Source: Nitrospirales bacterium
GTDB taxonomy: Bacteria; Nitrospirota; Nitrospiria; Nitrospirales; UBA8639
DNA: 64,000 bases
Reading direction: 5' to 3'
Assembly (NCBI GenBank): GCA_007570995.1
Contig: RKSG01000145.1
Coordinates: 15,181 to 79,180 of the forward strand
In this document: in pieces, positions 18,573-27,521 of the stretch
Layout of the letters: the number at the start of each line of letters is the position of its first letter
Position numbering within the stretch: the stretch's first letter is position 1
Position numbers and translations under genes: made by a program
Notes under the pieces: generated by a model
Seen by the model: only the letters and a program-made list of their open reading frames with translations
Told to the model about the DNA's origin: nothing
Databases searched by the model: none

Positions 18573-19335
18573 AGACACGTTTTGTATTGCGAACCGTGGC
18601 ATGCGCGATGGATTCGAAGGATTCCCTGCCCTTGCCGACAATTTCCGCCAGTCTGTGTGCCACGTGGCACACGTAGGCGGGTTCATTCCGCGTTCCACGA
18701 TGAGGCACGGGCGTCAGATACGGGCAATCCGTTTCGACCATGATACGGTCAAGAGGAATGGTCTCTGCGATCTCTCGGAGCGTGGTCGCATTTTTAAACG
18801 TCAACACGCCGGAGAAGGAAAGGTTCAGGCCCAGGTCCAGGGCCTCCCTGGCAAGCCTGGCGTCTCCTGAAAAGCAGTGCAGGACGCCGCCGACATCTCT
18901 CGCGCCTTCTTCCCTCAGGATCGTCACCGTGTCTTCCGAAGCTTCACGCGTGTGAATGACCAGAGGAAGACGCAATTCTCGAGCCAGCTGAATTTGTTCA
19001 CGAAAACGTTGGCGCTGAACCTCCCGCGGTGAATGATCGTAGTGATAGTCCAACCCGATTTCACCGTATGCAACGACCTTGGGTTGTCGGGCCAACGCGC
19101 GAAATGTCTCATACCAGCTTTCGGTGATTTCCCCGGACTCGTGCGGATGAACACCAATGGTGGCAAAGATCGTGTCATGGGCCTGGGCCAGTGCCACGGC
19201 GGCCTGACTGGTGGCAACATCGCAGCCGATCGTCACCATGGCTTCAATGCCTGCGTCCCGTGCGCGTTGCAGGACATCATTGCGGTCGGTATCGTATCGC
19301 CGGTCATCCAAATGAACGTGGCTGTCAATCAGCAT
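18559..19335 (-). CDS. tatD: TatD family metal-dependent hydrolase/DNase
   Basis: MLIDSHVHLD start, with IGEIGLDY, VIHTRE, HCFSG and ETDCPYL motifs. It overlaps the convergent NYN gene by 14 nt. Confidence 0.9.
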   Translation of the reverse strand: MLIDSHVHLDDRRYDTDRNDVLQRARDAGIEAMVTIGCDVATSQAAVALAQAHDTIFATIGVHPHESGEITESWYETFRALARQPKVVAYGEIGLDYHYDHSPREVQRQRFREQIQLARELRLPLVIHTREASEDTVTILREEGARDVGGVLHCFSGDARLAREALDLGLNLSFSGVLTFKNATTLREIAETIPLDRIMVETDCPYLTPVPHRGTRNEPAYVCHVAHRLAEIVGKGRESFESIAHATVRNTKRVFKIP

Positions 19336-19414
19336 ATACCGATTCCCTTCGTGTGGGCTGCCAGATGGGTTGTTTGCCTGTCATCGGTCTAAGTGCGGGA
19401 AGCAGCGTCAGACC

Positions 19415-19945
19415 ATGAACTGGGATACCGTATTGTTCCATACCATCAATGGCTGGACCGGTCAATCACCTGCCCTGGACTGGTTCATGTTGCAGTGTTC
19501 GACGGCGGGAAATTTCGTCGCGCTGGTCGTGGTCTGGCTGGTCTGGCAACTGTGGATCAACTGGCGCCAGGGCCTGCTGGCTGCGTCTGTCCTGGGTGTT
19601 CTCATTGGCGTGGGGGACTTTACGGGCACTCAGCTCAAAATCTGGATGGCCCGTCCACGGCCATGCCAGGTTTGGCTGAATGTGAACGAGCTGACCGGGT
19701 GCGGGGGGGCCTTCAGCATGCCATCGAACCATGCGTTGAATGCCGCGACGGCGGCGGCATTTCTTGGTGTGCTGTTCCCTTCGACCCGATGGGTCGGGGG
19801 GATACTCATGGTGTTGATTGGCCTCTCGCGGGTCTCTCTTGGGGCACATTATCCTACAGATGTCATCGCGGGATGGGCCATTGGAGGAATATTGGGCATG
19901 ACCGCCGGGTATCTTATGCTGCAAGCCACCGCGAAAAGTCTGTAA
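19415..19945 (+). CDS. PAP2-family phosphatase (undecaprenyl-diphosphatase / lipid phosphatase type)
   Basis: Tripartite PAP2 motif: KIWMARPRP, PSNH and SRVSLGAHYPTD, in a multi-TM protein. Confidence 0.8.
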   Translation: MNWDTVLFHTINGWTGQSPALDWFMLQCSTAGNFVALVVVWLVWQLWINWRQGLLAASVLGVLIGVGDFTGTQLKIWMARPRPCQVWLNVNELTGCGGAFSMPSNHALNAATAAAFLGVLFPSTRWVGGILMVLIGLSRVSLGAHYPTDVIAGWAIGGILGMTAGYLMLQATAKSL

Positions 19946-20002
19946 CAGACAAACGTGCATCTGCCCGAAGAACTACAGGGCACGTGTGGCTGACGAATCT
20001 CC

Positions 20003-20887
20003 TTACAGTTTCTGCAATGCCGCTACTCGCGCTTCAATCGGGGGATGTGTGGAGAAAATCTGCATGAAGCTGCGCGACTGGCCGGAAATTTTCATTGTGG
20101 CCAGGGCGTCTTCTGTCTGGTACTGATACTGCGAATGTGTCACCCATCGATTGATGGATTGCAGGGCCGAGATCATGTGTTCCTTGCCCACGGTTCCGGC
20201 GGCAAACCTGTCAGCGGAAAACTCGCGCCGGCGCGACCACCAGCTGATTGGAATCATGGCCAGGATGGATAAGACGACTTGCAGAAAGAAATAGACCCCG
20301 ATGGCTAACATGTGATTCCGTTCCGCGAGCGTACGATAGACCATGCGGCTGATGAAATAGACAAACGTATTCATCAATCCGGCGAGTACCGTCGTCGTGA
20401 ACATATCGCCGTTATAGACATGTCCCATCTCATGTGCCAGAACGGCTCGCACTTCGTTTTCATCGAGATTCTGCAATAAGCCGGTTGAGACAGCCACCAT
20501 GGAATTGTTTTTCGACGGTCCCGTCGCAAAGGCGTTGGGGTCAGGCGAATGGTACAGCCAGACCTCCGGTGTCGCGATGCCGAGACGCCTGGCAATTTTT
20601 TCGACCGTTTCATACACCACGGATTCAGCCCGGGTTTGAGGTCGGGTGATCTGTTGGCAATCCAGCATTATTCGGGCCATCTGTTTGGAAAACGCCAGGC
20701 TGGCAAAGGCCCCGCCGAATCCAATCACAAAAGCCCATAAGAGATCCTGGTGGGCCAACGATCCGCTGAGGTCAATCCCGAATGCCGGAAGGATGAACTC
20801 CGAGAGAAGCATAAAGGTGATGGACAGGGTGATGAAGATCAGAATGTTGGCCACCAGCAGGAGGCCAATGCCTTTCATCTTTTTCAT
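20003..20887 (-). CDS. htpX: zinc metalloprotease HtpX (M48)
   Basis: HEMGH zinc motif (VLAHEMGHVYNGD), N-terminal TM helices, and the C-terminal FSTHPPIEARV ending typical of HtpX. Confidence 0.9.
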   Translation of the reverse strand: MKKMKGIGLLLVANILIFITLSITFMLLSEFILPAFGIDLSGSLAHQDLLWAFVIGFGGAFASLAFSKQMARIMLDCQQITRPQTRAESVVYETVEKIARRLGIATPEVWLYHSPDPNAFATGPSKNNSMVAVSTGLLQNLDENEVRAVLAHEMGHVYNGDMFTTTVLAGLMNTFVYFISRMVYRTLAERNHMLAIGVYFFLQVVLSILAMIPISWWSRRREFSADRFAAGTVGKEHMISALQSINRWVTHSQYQYQTEDALATMKISGQSRSFMQIFSTHPPIEARVAALQKL

Positions 20888-21131
20888 TCGTTTCTCCCTT
20901 TTAGTGTATGGACATGAGCCATGTCTGATTGGGCTGTGTATCCTCAATCGCCCTTTGTTTGTAATATGATACCATATTGGGGAAAGTCAAGGCAGATCAT
21001 GGCTCTTCTGTGAACATTTGCCAGTGAAGTGGAGCCTCTCATACGATGGGGTGTGCGATGGCCTGTGTTGCTTACATCGATGCTCCGGGGCATGTTCCTT
21101 GGGTATACTTGAATGGAGATGACTGGCGGTC

Positions 21132-21563
21132 GTGATATGTCGAACGAGGCCGATGCGGGCGTGGGGGGTGATCCTGCTGACCTGGGGAATGATGGTTCTC
21201 GTGCCGGGCGTGGCTTTCGGACAGGACACCCCCCTCTTTCTTGAACCTGACAGGGACGGAGTCCAGCGGGCCACTCTCATCCTGGACAGTTATGCGTTCA
21301 CACCGAACCGTCTCAACTTGCAGTCGGGCGTCCCTGTGGAACTTCGTCTTGAAAACAGGAGTCTGTTGACCCCGCATAATTTTATCATTGACAGTCCTCT
21401 TCCAGATATCCGGCACAACGTGAATGTCAGCGCCGGAGAGATCGTGACCCTGCAGTTCCTGCCCGAAACTCCGGGAACCTACGTGTTTTATTGTGACAAA
21501 CAGCTGCTGTTTTTCCCCAGCCATCGTGAAGAGGGGATGGAGGGCTATCTTGAGGTTCGCTAG
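21132..21563 (+). CDS. secreted cupredoxin-like (type-1 copper) protein
   Basis: Signal peptide MRAWGVILLTWGMMVLVPGVAFG (an alternative start is at 21153). Putative ligand set: His (TPHNF), Cys (YVFYCD), His (PSH) and Met (GMEGYLEV). Confidence 0.65.
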   Translation: MICRTRPMRAWGVILLTWGMMVLVPGVAFGQDTPLFLEPDRDGVQRATLILDSYAFTPNRLNLQSGVPVELRLENRSLLTPHNFIIDSPLPDIRHNVNVSAGEIVTLQFLPETPGTYVFYCDKQLLFFPSHREEGMEGYLEVR

Positions 21564-21573
21564 CACATCGTCG

Positions 21574-22626
21574 ATGCGTGCCACTGAACGGTATGTACTT
21601 CGGGATGTGTTAAAACACGTTTCACGGTCGTTTTATCTGACGCTGGCGGTATTGCCATCTCGTGTGGCGCGGCAAGTCGGGCTGGCCTATGTGTTTGCGC
21701 GGGCGGCCGATACGATTGCTGATGCGGGACAGATGGCCCGGGATGACAGAGTGACGCTTCTGCAACGGTTCAAACGGCAATTTATTTGTGAACGGTTCGA
21801 GTGGGATGAGATTACCCTGATCCAGACGGTGCTGGTTCCGCACCAGCATCATCCCGGCGAACGGATCCTGATGGAACACCTCGATGACTGTTTTCGGGTG
21901 TATGAACGATTCAGTCCCCGGGATCAGGAGGAAATCCGGCATCTCCTGCCGGTTCTCATCCGCGGCATGGAAATGGATCTGGAACGTTTTCCCGGGGAAT
22001 CCGCCACCAGGTTGGCCGCGCTGCCGTCCATGGACGATCTGGATCTGTACACGTATCACGTGGCTGGCTGCGTCGGCGAGTTTTGGACGAAGCTGATGTG
22101 TGCCCATCTGCCAAGCCTGCACCGAACCTGGGATCGGGAATCCAAAGCACGGGCGGGTGTACGGTTTGGCAAAGGCCTGCAACTGACCAATGTGTTGAAG
22201 GATTTACCACGGGATTTGCGGCGTGGGCGGTGTTATATCCCGCTGACACTGCTGGATCAGGCAGGATTGACCCCCGTCGATTTACTGGATATGCGCATGA
22301 TGCCGCAATTCAGCCCCGTGCTCCACAAATTGGTCGGCATCACGCTGGCCCATTTAGACCAAGGCTGGTGGTACACCATGTCCATCCCACGACGCGAGGT
22401 GCGTCTTCGCCTGGCCTGCATGTGGCCGATTCTCATCGCGCTGAAGATGTTGCGTCTCCTTACGACATGCGACAATATGCTGGATCCCGATCGGGCCGTG
22501 AAGGTCTCACGAGGAGAGGTCTACCGGATCATGGCGGCGACGACCATGACCGGCGGTTGCGGGTACTCCGGGACGGCCTACTGGGGGCACCTCCGCAAGG
22601 CGGTCGGGTCCGGCTATTCCGTTTGA
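21574..22626 (+). CDS. squalene/phytoene synthase family protein (squalene-synthase-like)
   Basis: VSRSFYLTL...YVFARAADTIAD resembles the SQS VSRSF...DT(I/L)ED motif. YHVAGCVGEF is present. The second motif is LQLTNVLKDLPRDLRRGRCYIP. The start is 11 nt after the cupredoxin stop. Confidence 0.8.
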   Translation: MRATERYVLRDVLKHVSRSFYLTLAVLPSRVARQVGLAYVFARAADTIADAGQMARDDRVTLLQRFKRQFICERFEWDEITLIQTVLVPHQHHPGERILMEHLDDCFRVYERFSPRDQEEIRHLLPVLIRGMEMDLERFPGESATRLAALPSMDDLDLYTYHVAGCVGEFWTKLMCAHLPSLHRTWDRESKARAGVRFGKGLQLTNVLKDLPRDLRRGRCYIPLTLLDQAGLTPVDLLDMRMMPQFSPVLHKLVGITLAHLDQGWWYTMSIPRREVRLRLACMWPILIALKMLRLLTTCDNMLDPDRAVKVSRGEVYRIMAATTMTGGCGYSGTAYWGHLRKAVGSGYSV

Positions 22627-22919
22627 GGCCCGATGAGCTTGTTGCCTTTTTTGAAAACCGCATAAATAGCCTGTGTGGGACAGGCATCGAGGCACATCCG
22701 ACACGTTTCCATGCAGCGGGATTCGTCAAATTTATACGGTGGGGTGGACAGCCAGGCGCCAGTCGGACAGACGGGAATGCACACGGCACGATGTGTGCAA
22801 CGATCCGGATGGCGAACCAGGTGATCGCGAGTGACCATCATGGGACTGACTCCTTCAAACAGCCCGCCCGAAAACATATCCAGCATATTCTCGGGACGTC
22901 GCATCTTTATGTATTCCAC
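22614..22919 (-). CDS. small ferredoxin-like protein with two atypical Cys clusters
   Basis: The CTHRAVCIPVCP and CMETCRMCLDACP spacings resemble 4Fe-4S dicluster motifs. The first lacks the second Cys. It overlaps the SQS-like 3' end by 13 nt (convergent). Confidence 0.5.
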   Translation of the reverse strand: MEYIKMRRPENMLDMFSGGLFEGVSPMMVTRDHLVRHPDRCTHRAVCIPVCPTGAWLSTPPYKFDESRCMETCRMCLDACPTQAIYAVFKKGNKLIGPQTE

Positions 22920-23323
22920 TGCTTCACAAGCGAGCGAATTCGATCTTTTAGTGCGGGGATCTGCTCCAGATTATTTTGAATTGCGCCAAGAATATTTTCC
23001 ATTCTTGCCATGCGGGTCGCCTCTTGGTCGCGTTGCACGAGAATGTCATAGCGGGCCCAGGCATCGGGATAGAGAGGGTTGAGCTGTGTTCGAACCGCCC
23101 CGATACCGTCCCGGAGCTGCTGGGGCTTTGGTGCAAGAGACGGCACGACAGCAAACGTGCCGTTATCAAGCATCAGCACGGTCGCGTCACTGTGATCAAC
23201 CGACGTCACGGATGTAACGGTCCGGCCGGCCATCTCCTCCCAGGAATGGAGTAACCCGGGAAACTGTTTCAGAAAGGCGACCTTTTCCTGAGTCGCTTTC
23301 CATTTGGCTTCATTCGCCGACAT
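22907..23323 (-). CDS. hypothetical protein
   Basis: 138 aa from the ATG at 23323 (MSANEAKWKATQEK...). It overlaps the downstream ferredoxin-like start by 13 nt. No family recognised. Confidence 0.4.
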   Translation of the reverse strand: MSANEAKWKATQEKVAFLKQFPGLLHSWEEMAGRTVTSVTSVDHSDATVLMLDNGTFAVVPSLAPKPQQLRDGIGAVRTQLNPLYPDAWARYDILVQRDQEATRMARMENILGAIQNNLEQIPALKDRIRSLVKQWNT

Positions 23324-23589
23324 AGATGCCTCACATGTTGCAAGTGTCGTATTGCGAGGGGCGTGTTTCTTCTTGGTGCAAGATGGTGCCCCACGGTTTA
23401 TCCTCATCGTCTCCTGCACAAAGTGCCATGAAGGTATGGACCGACCGCAGGTTGATGAGGACCCGGCACGAAAGACGCCAGGAATTTTTGGTCAGACATG
23501 TTTACAATATCGTGCTGTTGTTTTCCAGTGCGGGGCATGGGAACAGGATATAGGCTTTCTGTAAGGATTGACAAGACGGTTTCCCTGCA

Positions 23590-25680
23590 ATGGGCAGGAA
23601 GAAAAACAAAGACAACGCAGACCATAGGCCACCTGCAACCATCTCCGCTGTCCTGAGCACATCGTTGCCCGAGCTGCATCCGTGGCACCGAAGGAATGAT
23701 GGCCTTGGCCTCGCGGTGCTCTTCACCGGCATACTGGTCCTGTACGCCGTCTCTACTCCGCGCACCGTGATGCTGGAGGACGACGGCTCATTTATCTCTG
23801 CCTCCTGGTTCGCCGGCGTTGCGCATCCGCCGGGTTATCCGCTGTACATCCTGCTCGGTTGGCTCGTCTCGCATCTCATCCCGTTCGGCAGCGTCGCCTG
23901 GCGAGTGCATAGCCTGAGTGGACTGATGGGCGCCCTGACATGTGCGTGCATCGCCTGGATCATCATTCGCCGGACCGGCAACCGCCCTGCTGCATACCTC
24001 GCCGCCGCGGCACTCGGCGTTTCCGAGCACTTCTGGTCGCAGGCAATCATCGCCGACGTCTACACGACCAACACCGCGGTCGTGTTTCTGACGCTGGTTC
24101 TGATACAGGAGGCAGCGGTGAGGCGGGATACTCGACTGTGGGTTGCTGCCGCAGGCGTGTACGGCCTTGGCTTCGCCAACCACTACCCGCTGCTGATTCT
24201 GGGCAGCCCCGTCTTCCTTGCCTTTGTCGTCGCGGCCGGAAGAGATTTCCGGTCTCGACTCCCTTACCTGGCCCCCATCTCCGTGCTTGCCGCAGCAACG
24301 ATCTACAGTTGGATGGTCTGGCGCTCGCACTACTCAGGCCCGATCAATTTCTATGGCCCCCTTGAATCCTGGGACCGATTCGTTGCCTTCGTGAATCGCA
24401 GTATTTATGAGGACGTGGACACAAACATCAATGCCGGCTTCCACGACAAGCTGCTGTATGCCAGATACGTCGTGACGGAGGCGCTGCTGCAATTCAGTGT
24501 GGTGGGTGGACTCGTCGCTCTCTGGGGAATGTTCACATCGTGGCGATCTGGGTGGCGGCTCGGACTCCTGTGTGAATTGCTTGCGTTGGTCGGCAGCAGC
24601 TTCCTGCTGATTGCCTTGCTTGGCTTCAATTATGAGTATGGGAGGATCGCCATCTTTCGCCCCTATCCTTTGGTTGCATACGGCATCTTCGCTCTCTGGC
24701 TGGGGTATGGGGTCCATGCGCTGGCACAACGGGCGCGCGCCGGCTCCGGGCCCGTTCTGCCGGTGATGTATGCCATCGGCGGGCTCGTCGTCGCGGCCAT
24801 GGGTGTCTGGAACGCAAGCAGCAATTACCGGCCACACGATACGTTCGCGGAGGAGCAGGCGCAGGCGATGCTTGATCTCACGGAGGAAAACGCCAATCTG
24901 ATCGTCAAGACGGATGGATTTGTCATGCCGATTGCCTATCTGCACTGGGTCGAGGGTCGGCGCAAGGATCTTCGGGTACTGGAAGCGCACGGCCTTCTCT
25001 TTAACGATCGCATTGCCCCTCCGTGGTTGATCGGTCAGTACATTGAGAAAGGGCACGCTGCCTGGGCCAAATTCATCCGCGAGGCCGAGCAACCGGTCTA
25101 TTTCCTGGCAACCGGACGTCCTCTGGTGCCGGAGTTAGGCTACAGGGTGCTGGGATTCATCGATAAATTTGACGCGACGGTGCCATTGAACGAAGCCCGG
25201 GCCAATCCGAGTGACCGAGCCAAAGAGTATTTCAAGACATTGATCGCGATGCCCAAGCCGCACCATATCCATAGTGTGCGCCATCGCAATAACCTGATAC
25301 GGGAATATGGCAAATATCTGGGGTATGTGCTGGTGATGGACCATCCCGAGGCCAATAAGTATATTGAAGATGTTCTACCGCTGGCGGAAAGTAATTACTG
25401 GTCGCTGATTGGTATGGCGTATATTCTGGTGCAGCAACAGGGGGAGAAATGGCTGCGATCCGCCGAACCATATCTGCGGAAGGCGAAACGGCTTGCCGGT
25501 GACGACAGAAGCAAGATGCAACGGGCGCATTTGTTTTATCTGGAAGGGTTGGTTGAGCAACGGAAAGGCAATGCAGGCAGGGCGAAGATGTTGTTTCTGG
25601 AGTCGTTGAAGCTGGACAGGGCAGAAACGAACAAAGCCCGTCAGGCACTTCAGGGGATCACAGCCTCCGGTGCGGGCTAA
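23590..25680 (+). CDS. DUF2723 (TMEM260-like glycosyltransferase-fold) membrane protein with C-terminal TPR repeats
   Basis: N-terminal DDGSFISASWFAGVAHPPGYPLYILLGW motif characteristic of DUF2723. This is followed by about 10 TM helices and a C-terminal helical-repeat region. Confidence 0.8.
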   Translation: MGRKKNKDNADHRPPATISAVLSTSLPELHPWHRRNDGLGLAVLFTGILVLYAVSTPRTVMLEDDGSFISASWFAGVAHPPGYPLYILLGWLVSHLIPFGSVAWRVHSLSGLMGALTCACIAWIIIRRTGNRPAAYLAAAALGVSEHFWSQAIIADVYTTNTAVVFLTLVLIQEAAVRRDTRLWVAAAGVYGLGFANHYPLLILGSPVFLAFVVAAGRDFRSRLPYLAPISVLAAATIYSWMVWRSHYSGPINFYGPLESWDRFVAFVNRSIYEDVDTNINAGFHDKLLYARYVVTEALLQFSVVGGLVALWGMFTSWRSGWRLGLLCELLALVGSSFLLIALLGFNYEYGRIAIFRPYPLVAYGIFALWLGYGVHALAQRARAGSGPVLPVMYAIGGLVVAAMGVWNASSNYRPHDTFAEEQAQAMLDLTEENANLIVKTDGFVMPIAYLHWVEGRRKDLRVLEAHGLLFNDRIAPPWLIGQYIEKGHAAWAKFIREAEQPVYFLATGRPLVPELGYRVLGFIDKFDATVPLNEARANPSDRAKEYFKTLIAMPKPHHIHSVRHRNNLIREYGKYLGYVLVMDHPEANKYIEDVLPLAESNYWSLIGMAYILVQQQGEKWLRSAEPYLRKAKRLAGDDRSKMQRAHLFYLEGLVEQRKGNAGRAKMLFLESLKLDRAETNKARQALQGITASGAG

Positions 25681-26060
25681 AGGCGATTGAGGGAGGAAGG
25701 AGTACGGAGTGTGGCGCGGGATGCCAGGGTACGGGGGGGCAGGTTGTGTCCGGGCATAAGCAGGCGTTCTACCAGTTCTCCCTTGACCACATGCCGTTCC
25801 ATGATTTCGGTGACATCGGCTTCGTTGCCAACCCGGTACCAGACCCCTTCCGGATAAATGACGATGCTTGGACCATGTAAGCAATGATCCAGACACCCCG
25901 CCTTATTGGCGCGAACAAGGCCTTTCAGTCCGAGCCGTCGGACTTCCTGTTTGAAGAACGCGTGGAGTTGCACCGACCCGTTCGCGGCACAACACCCTCT
26001 CGGGTCTGTGTTGGACCGTTCGTTCATGCAGATGAAAATGTGATGCTTGAATCCGCTCAC
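25677..26060 (-). CDS. thioredoxin-like [2Fe-2S] ferredoxin
   Basis: [10 protein letters not shown]....GCCA...... and [22 protein letters not shown] are the classic (2Fe-2S) Trx-like ferredoxin Cys pattern. Confidence 0.85.
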   Translation of the reverse strand: MSGFKHHIFICMNERSNTDPRGCCAANGSVQLHAFFKQEVRRLGLKGLVRANKAGCLDHCLHGPSIVIYPEGVWYRVGNEADVTEIMERHVVKGELVERLLMPGHNLPPRTLASRATLRTPSSLNRL

Positions 26061-26184
26061 GCGACCGTTGTGCCATTGACGATGTCATTGGAAAAAAAGC
26101 ACGGGAGCGGCATGGTACAGGAGGTTTCGTGCTCGTGTCCAGTCTGCCCCGGGTCTTTCTGGGTGGCAAACGGCCGTCCGCGTC

Positions 26185-26214
26185 TTGACCGATGCGGTCG
26201 CGGCTGATTATAGT
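26185..26214 (+). promoter_or_regulatory. candidate sigma70-type promoter for tRNA-Pro
   Basis: TTGACC (26185-26190), an 18-nt spacer, then TATAGT (26209-26214), 18 nt before the tRNA 5' end. Confidence 0.45.
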
Positions 26215-26231
26215 CCGGGAACGTAGGGTGT

Positions 26232-26308
<77 letters not shown>

Positions 26309-26318
26309 CTTCACGCAT

Positions 26319-26344
26319 GCCGGGCACGATGATGCCGGCTTTTG
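26319..26344 (+). terminator. weak hairpin plus T-run after tRNA-Pro
   Basis: GCCGG...CCGGC 5-bp stem with an 11-nt loop, followed by TTTTGTGTT. Confidence 0.3.
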
Positions 26345-26433
26345 TGTTCCACCCCCTTGAGAACACCTGATGCCTCGTCGTGGCAGCGTGCCCCGCTGGG
26401 CAAAACTGATCCGATACATCTCTGTCCCATCCG

Positions 26434-27084
26434 ATGGATCTCTGGAGTTTAACTGGTGGCGGGCTGTTAGCCGGGGGCATTGCGCTGGTCTGGTGGCGTC
26501 TTCACTCCCTGGCACAACAAGTCGAACAATGCACTCGCCGGCAGTATTACGATCAGAGCAAATTTCAGGACACAGCCCGCCAGCAGGCCAACGCCCTGAC
26601 CATTCTGCGTGTGCAACTTGCCCAGGTGGCTGTTGGGAAAACCATAGATGGCACGCTTATCCAGGAGGGGCGTTTGTACCACCAGGTGAGTGCAGATGAT
26701 GCCAGACAGATGGTGTCTTCCCAGCCATCGGCGACAGACGAGGCGCTCGTCATTGTGGATGTTCGCAGTCAGAAAGAATTTCTGGCGAGTCATATCCCGG
26801 GAGCCAGGCATATTCCACTCGAGGAACTGGAAACGCGCAGACATGACGTGCCCCGAGATGCTGCAAAGGTATTAGTCTATTGTTCACAGGGCGAACGAAG
26901 CCGGTTGGCGTGTGACTTTTTGAGCCGACAGGGCTATATGAATCTTGTCACCATTCACGATGGTTTGCAGAACTGGACAGGCCCCGTGGTCGGTACAGGG
27001 CCTGTGGCATTGATCCAGATTCAACCCAACGGAAAACCGGCACCTTCCAGGGCCAAGCCGGCAGGACACCATCCGCATGGCTGA
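26434..27084 (+). CDS. membrane-anchored rhodanese-domain sulfurtransferase
   Basis: N-terminal TM helix, a coiled segment, then a rhodanese fold ([23 protein letters not shown]) with the active-site loop YCSQGERS. Confidence 0.85.
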   Translation: MDLWSLTGGGLLAGGIALVWWRLHSLAQQVEQCTRRQYYDQSKFQDTARQQANALTILRVQLAQVAVGKTIDGTLIQEGRLYHQVSADDARQMVSSQPSATDEALVIVDVRSQKEFLASHIPGARHIPLEELETRRHDVPRDAAKVLVYCSQGERSRLACDFLSRQGYMNLVTIHDGLQNWTGPVVGTGPVALIQIQPNGKPAPSRAKPAGHHPHG

Positions 27085-27484
27085 ACCCTACACAATCCTG
27101 AAGGTGATGGGCCCGTATCGCGAGCCCAGAGAACCTGCGTTGTCGTTTGATTATTCAGTCCAACGTGCGACCTGGGCGACGCCACAGGGGGTTCGGGTCA
27201 AGATTGGTCTTCAGGGGGAGCTGGACATGCTCAAGGCGAAAATGCAGCTGGAGTCGGAGGGCACGCCAGGCCAGCAATTACGTATCAATCAGATACTGGG
27301 ACGGGCGATTGCGGACTGCAAACTCGACATCGCCAATGCCGAACATTTGTTTGATGAACGCCGGGACGTCATGATTATGCCTTTCACCGAGTCGCTGTCC
27401 CACCTCTTCCCGCGTCTTGAATCCTGGATGAATCAGGAACGGAACAAACTTCGTCAGGACATTGCCGAAAAGGTTGGTCTGTAA
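27077..27484 (+). CDS. hypothetical protein (135 aa)
   Basis: The ORF start overlaps the rhodanese stop by 8 nt. The composition is protein-like. No motif recognised. Confidence 0.45.
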   Translation: MAEPYTILKVMGPYREPREPALSFDYSVQRATWATPQGVRVKIGLQGELDMLKAKMQLESEGTPGQQLRINQILGRAIADCKLDIANAEHLFDERRDVMIMPFTESLSHLFPRLESWMNQERNKLRQDIAEKVGL

Positions 27485-27521
27485 TGTGTTCGGCATCGTC
27501 GTGTCGGAGGAACATGTCGGA

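Noticed and set aside
22083-22979. 298-aa plus-strand ORF overlapping the squalene-synthase-like gene out of frame
   Set aside because: It is an alternative frame of a well-supported CDS and runs through the convergent ferredoxin-like gene. It has no motif support.
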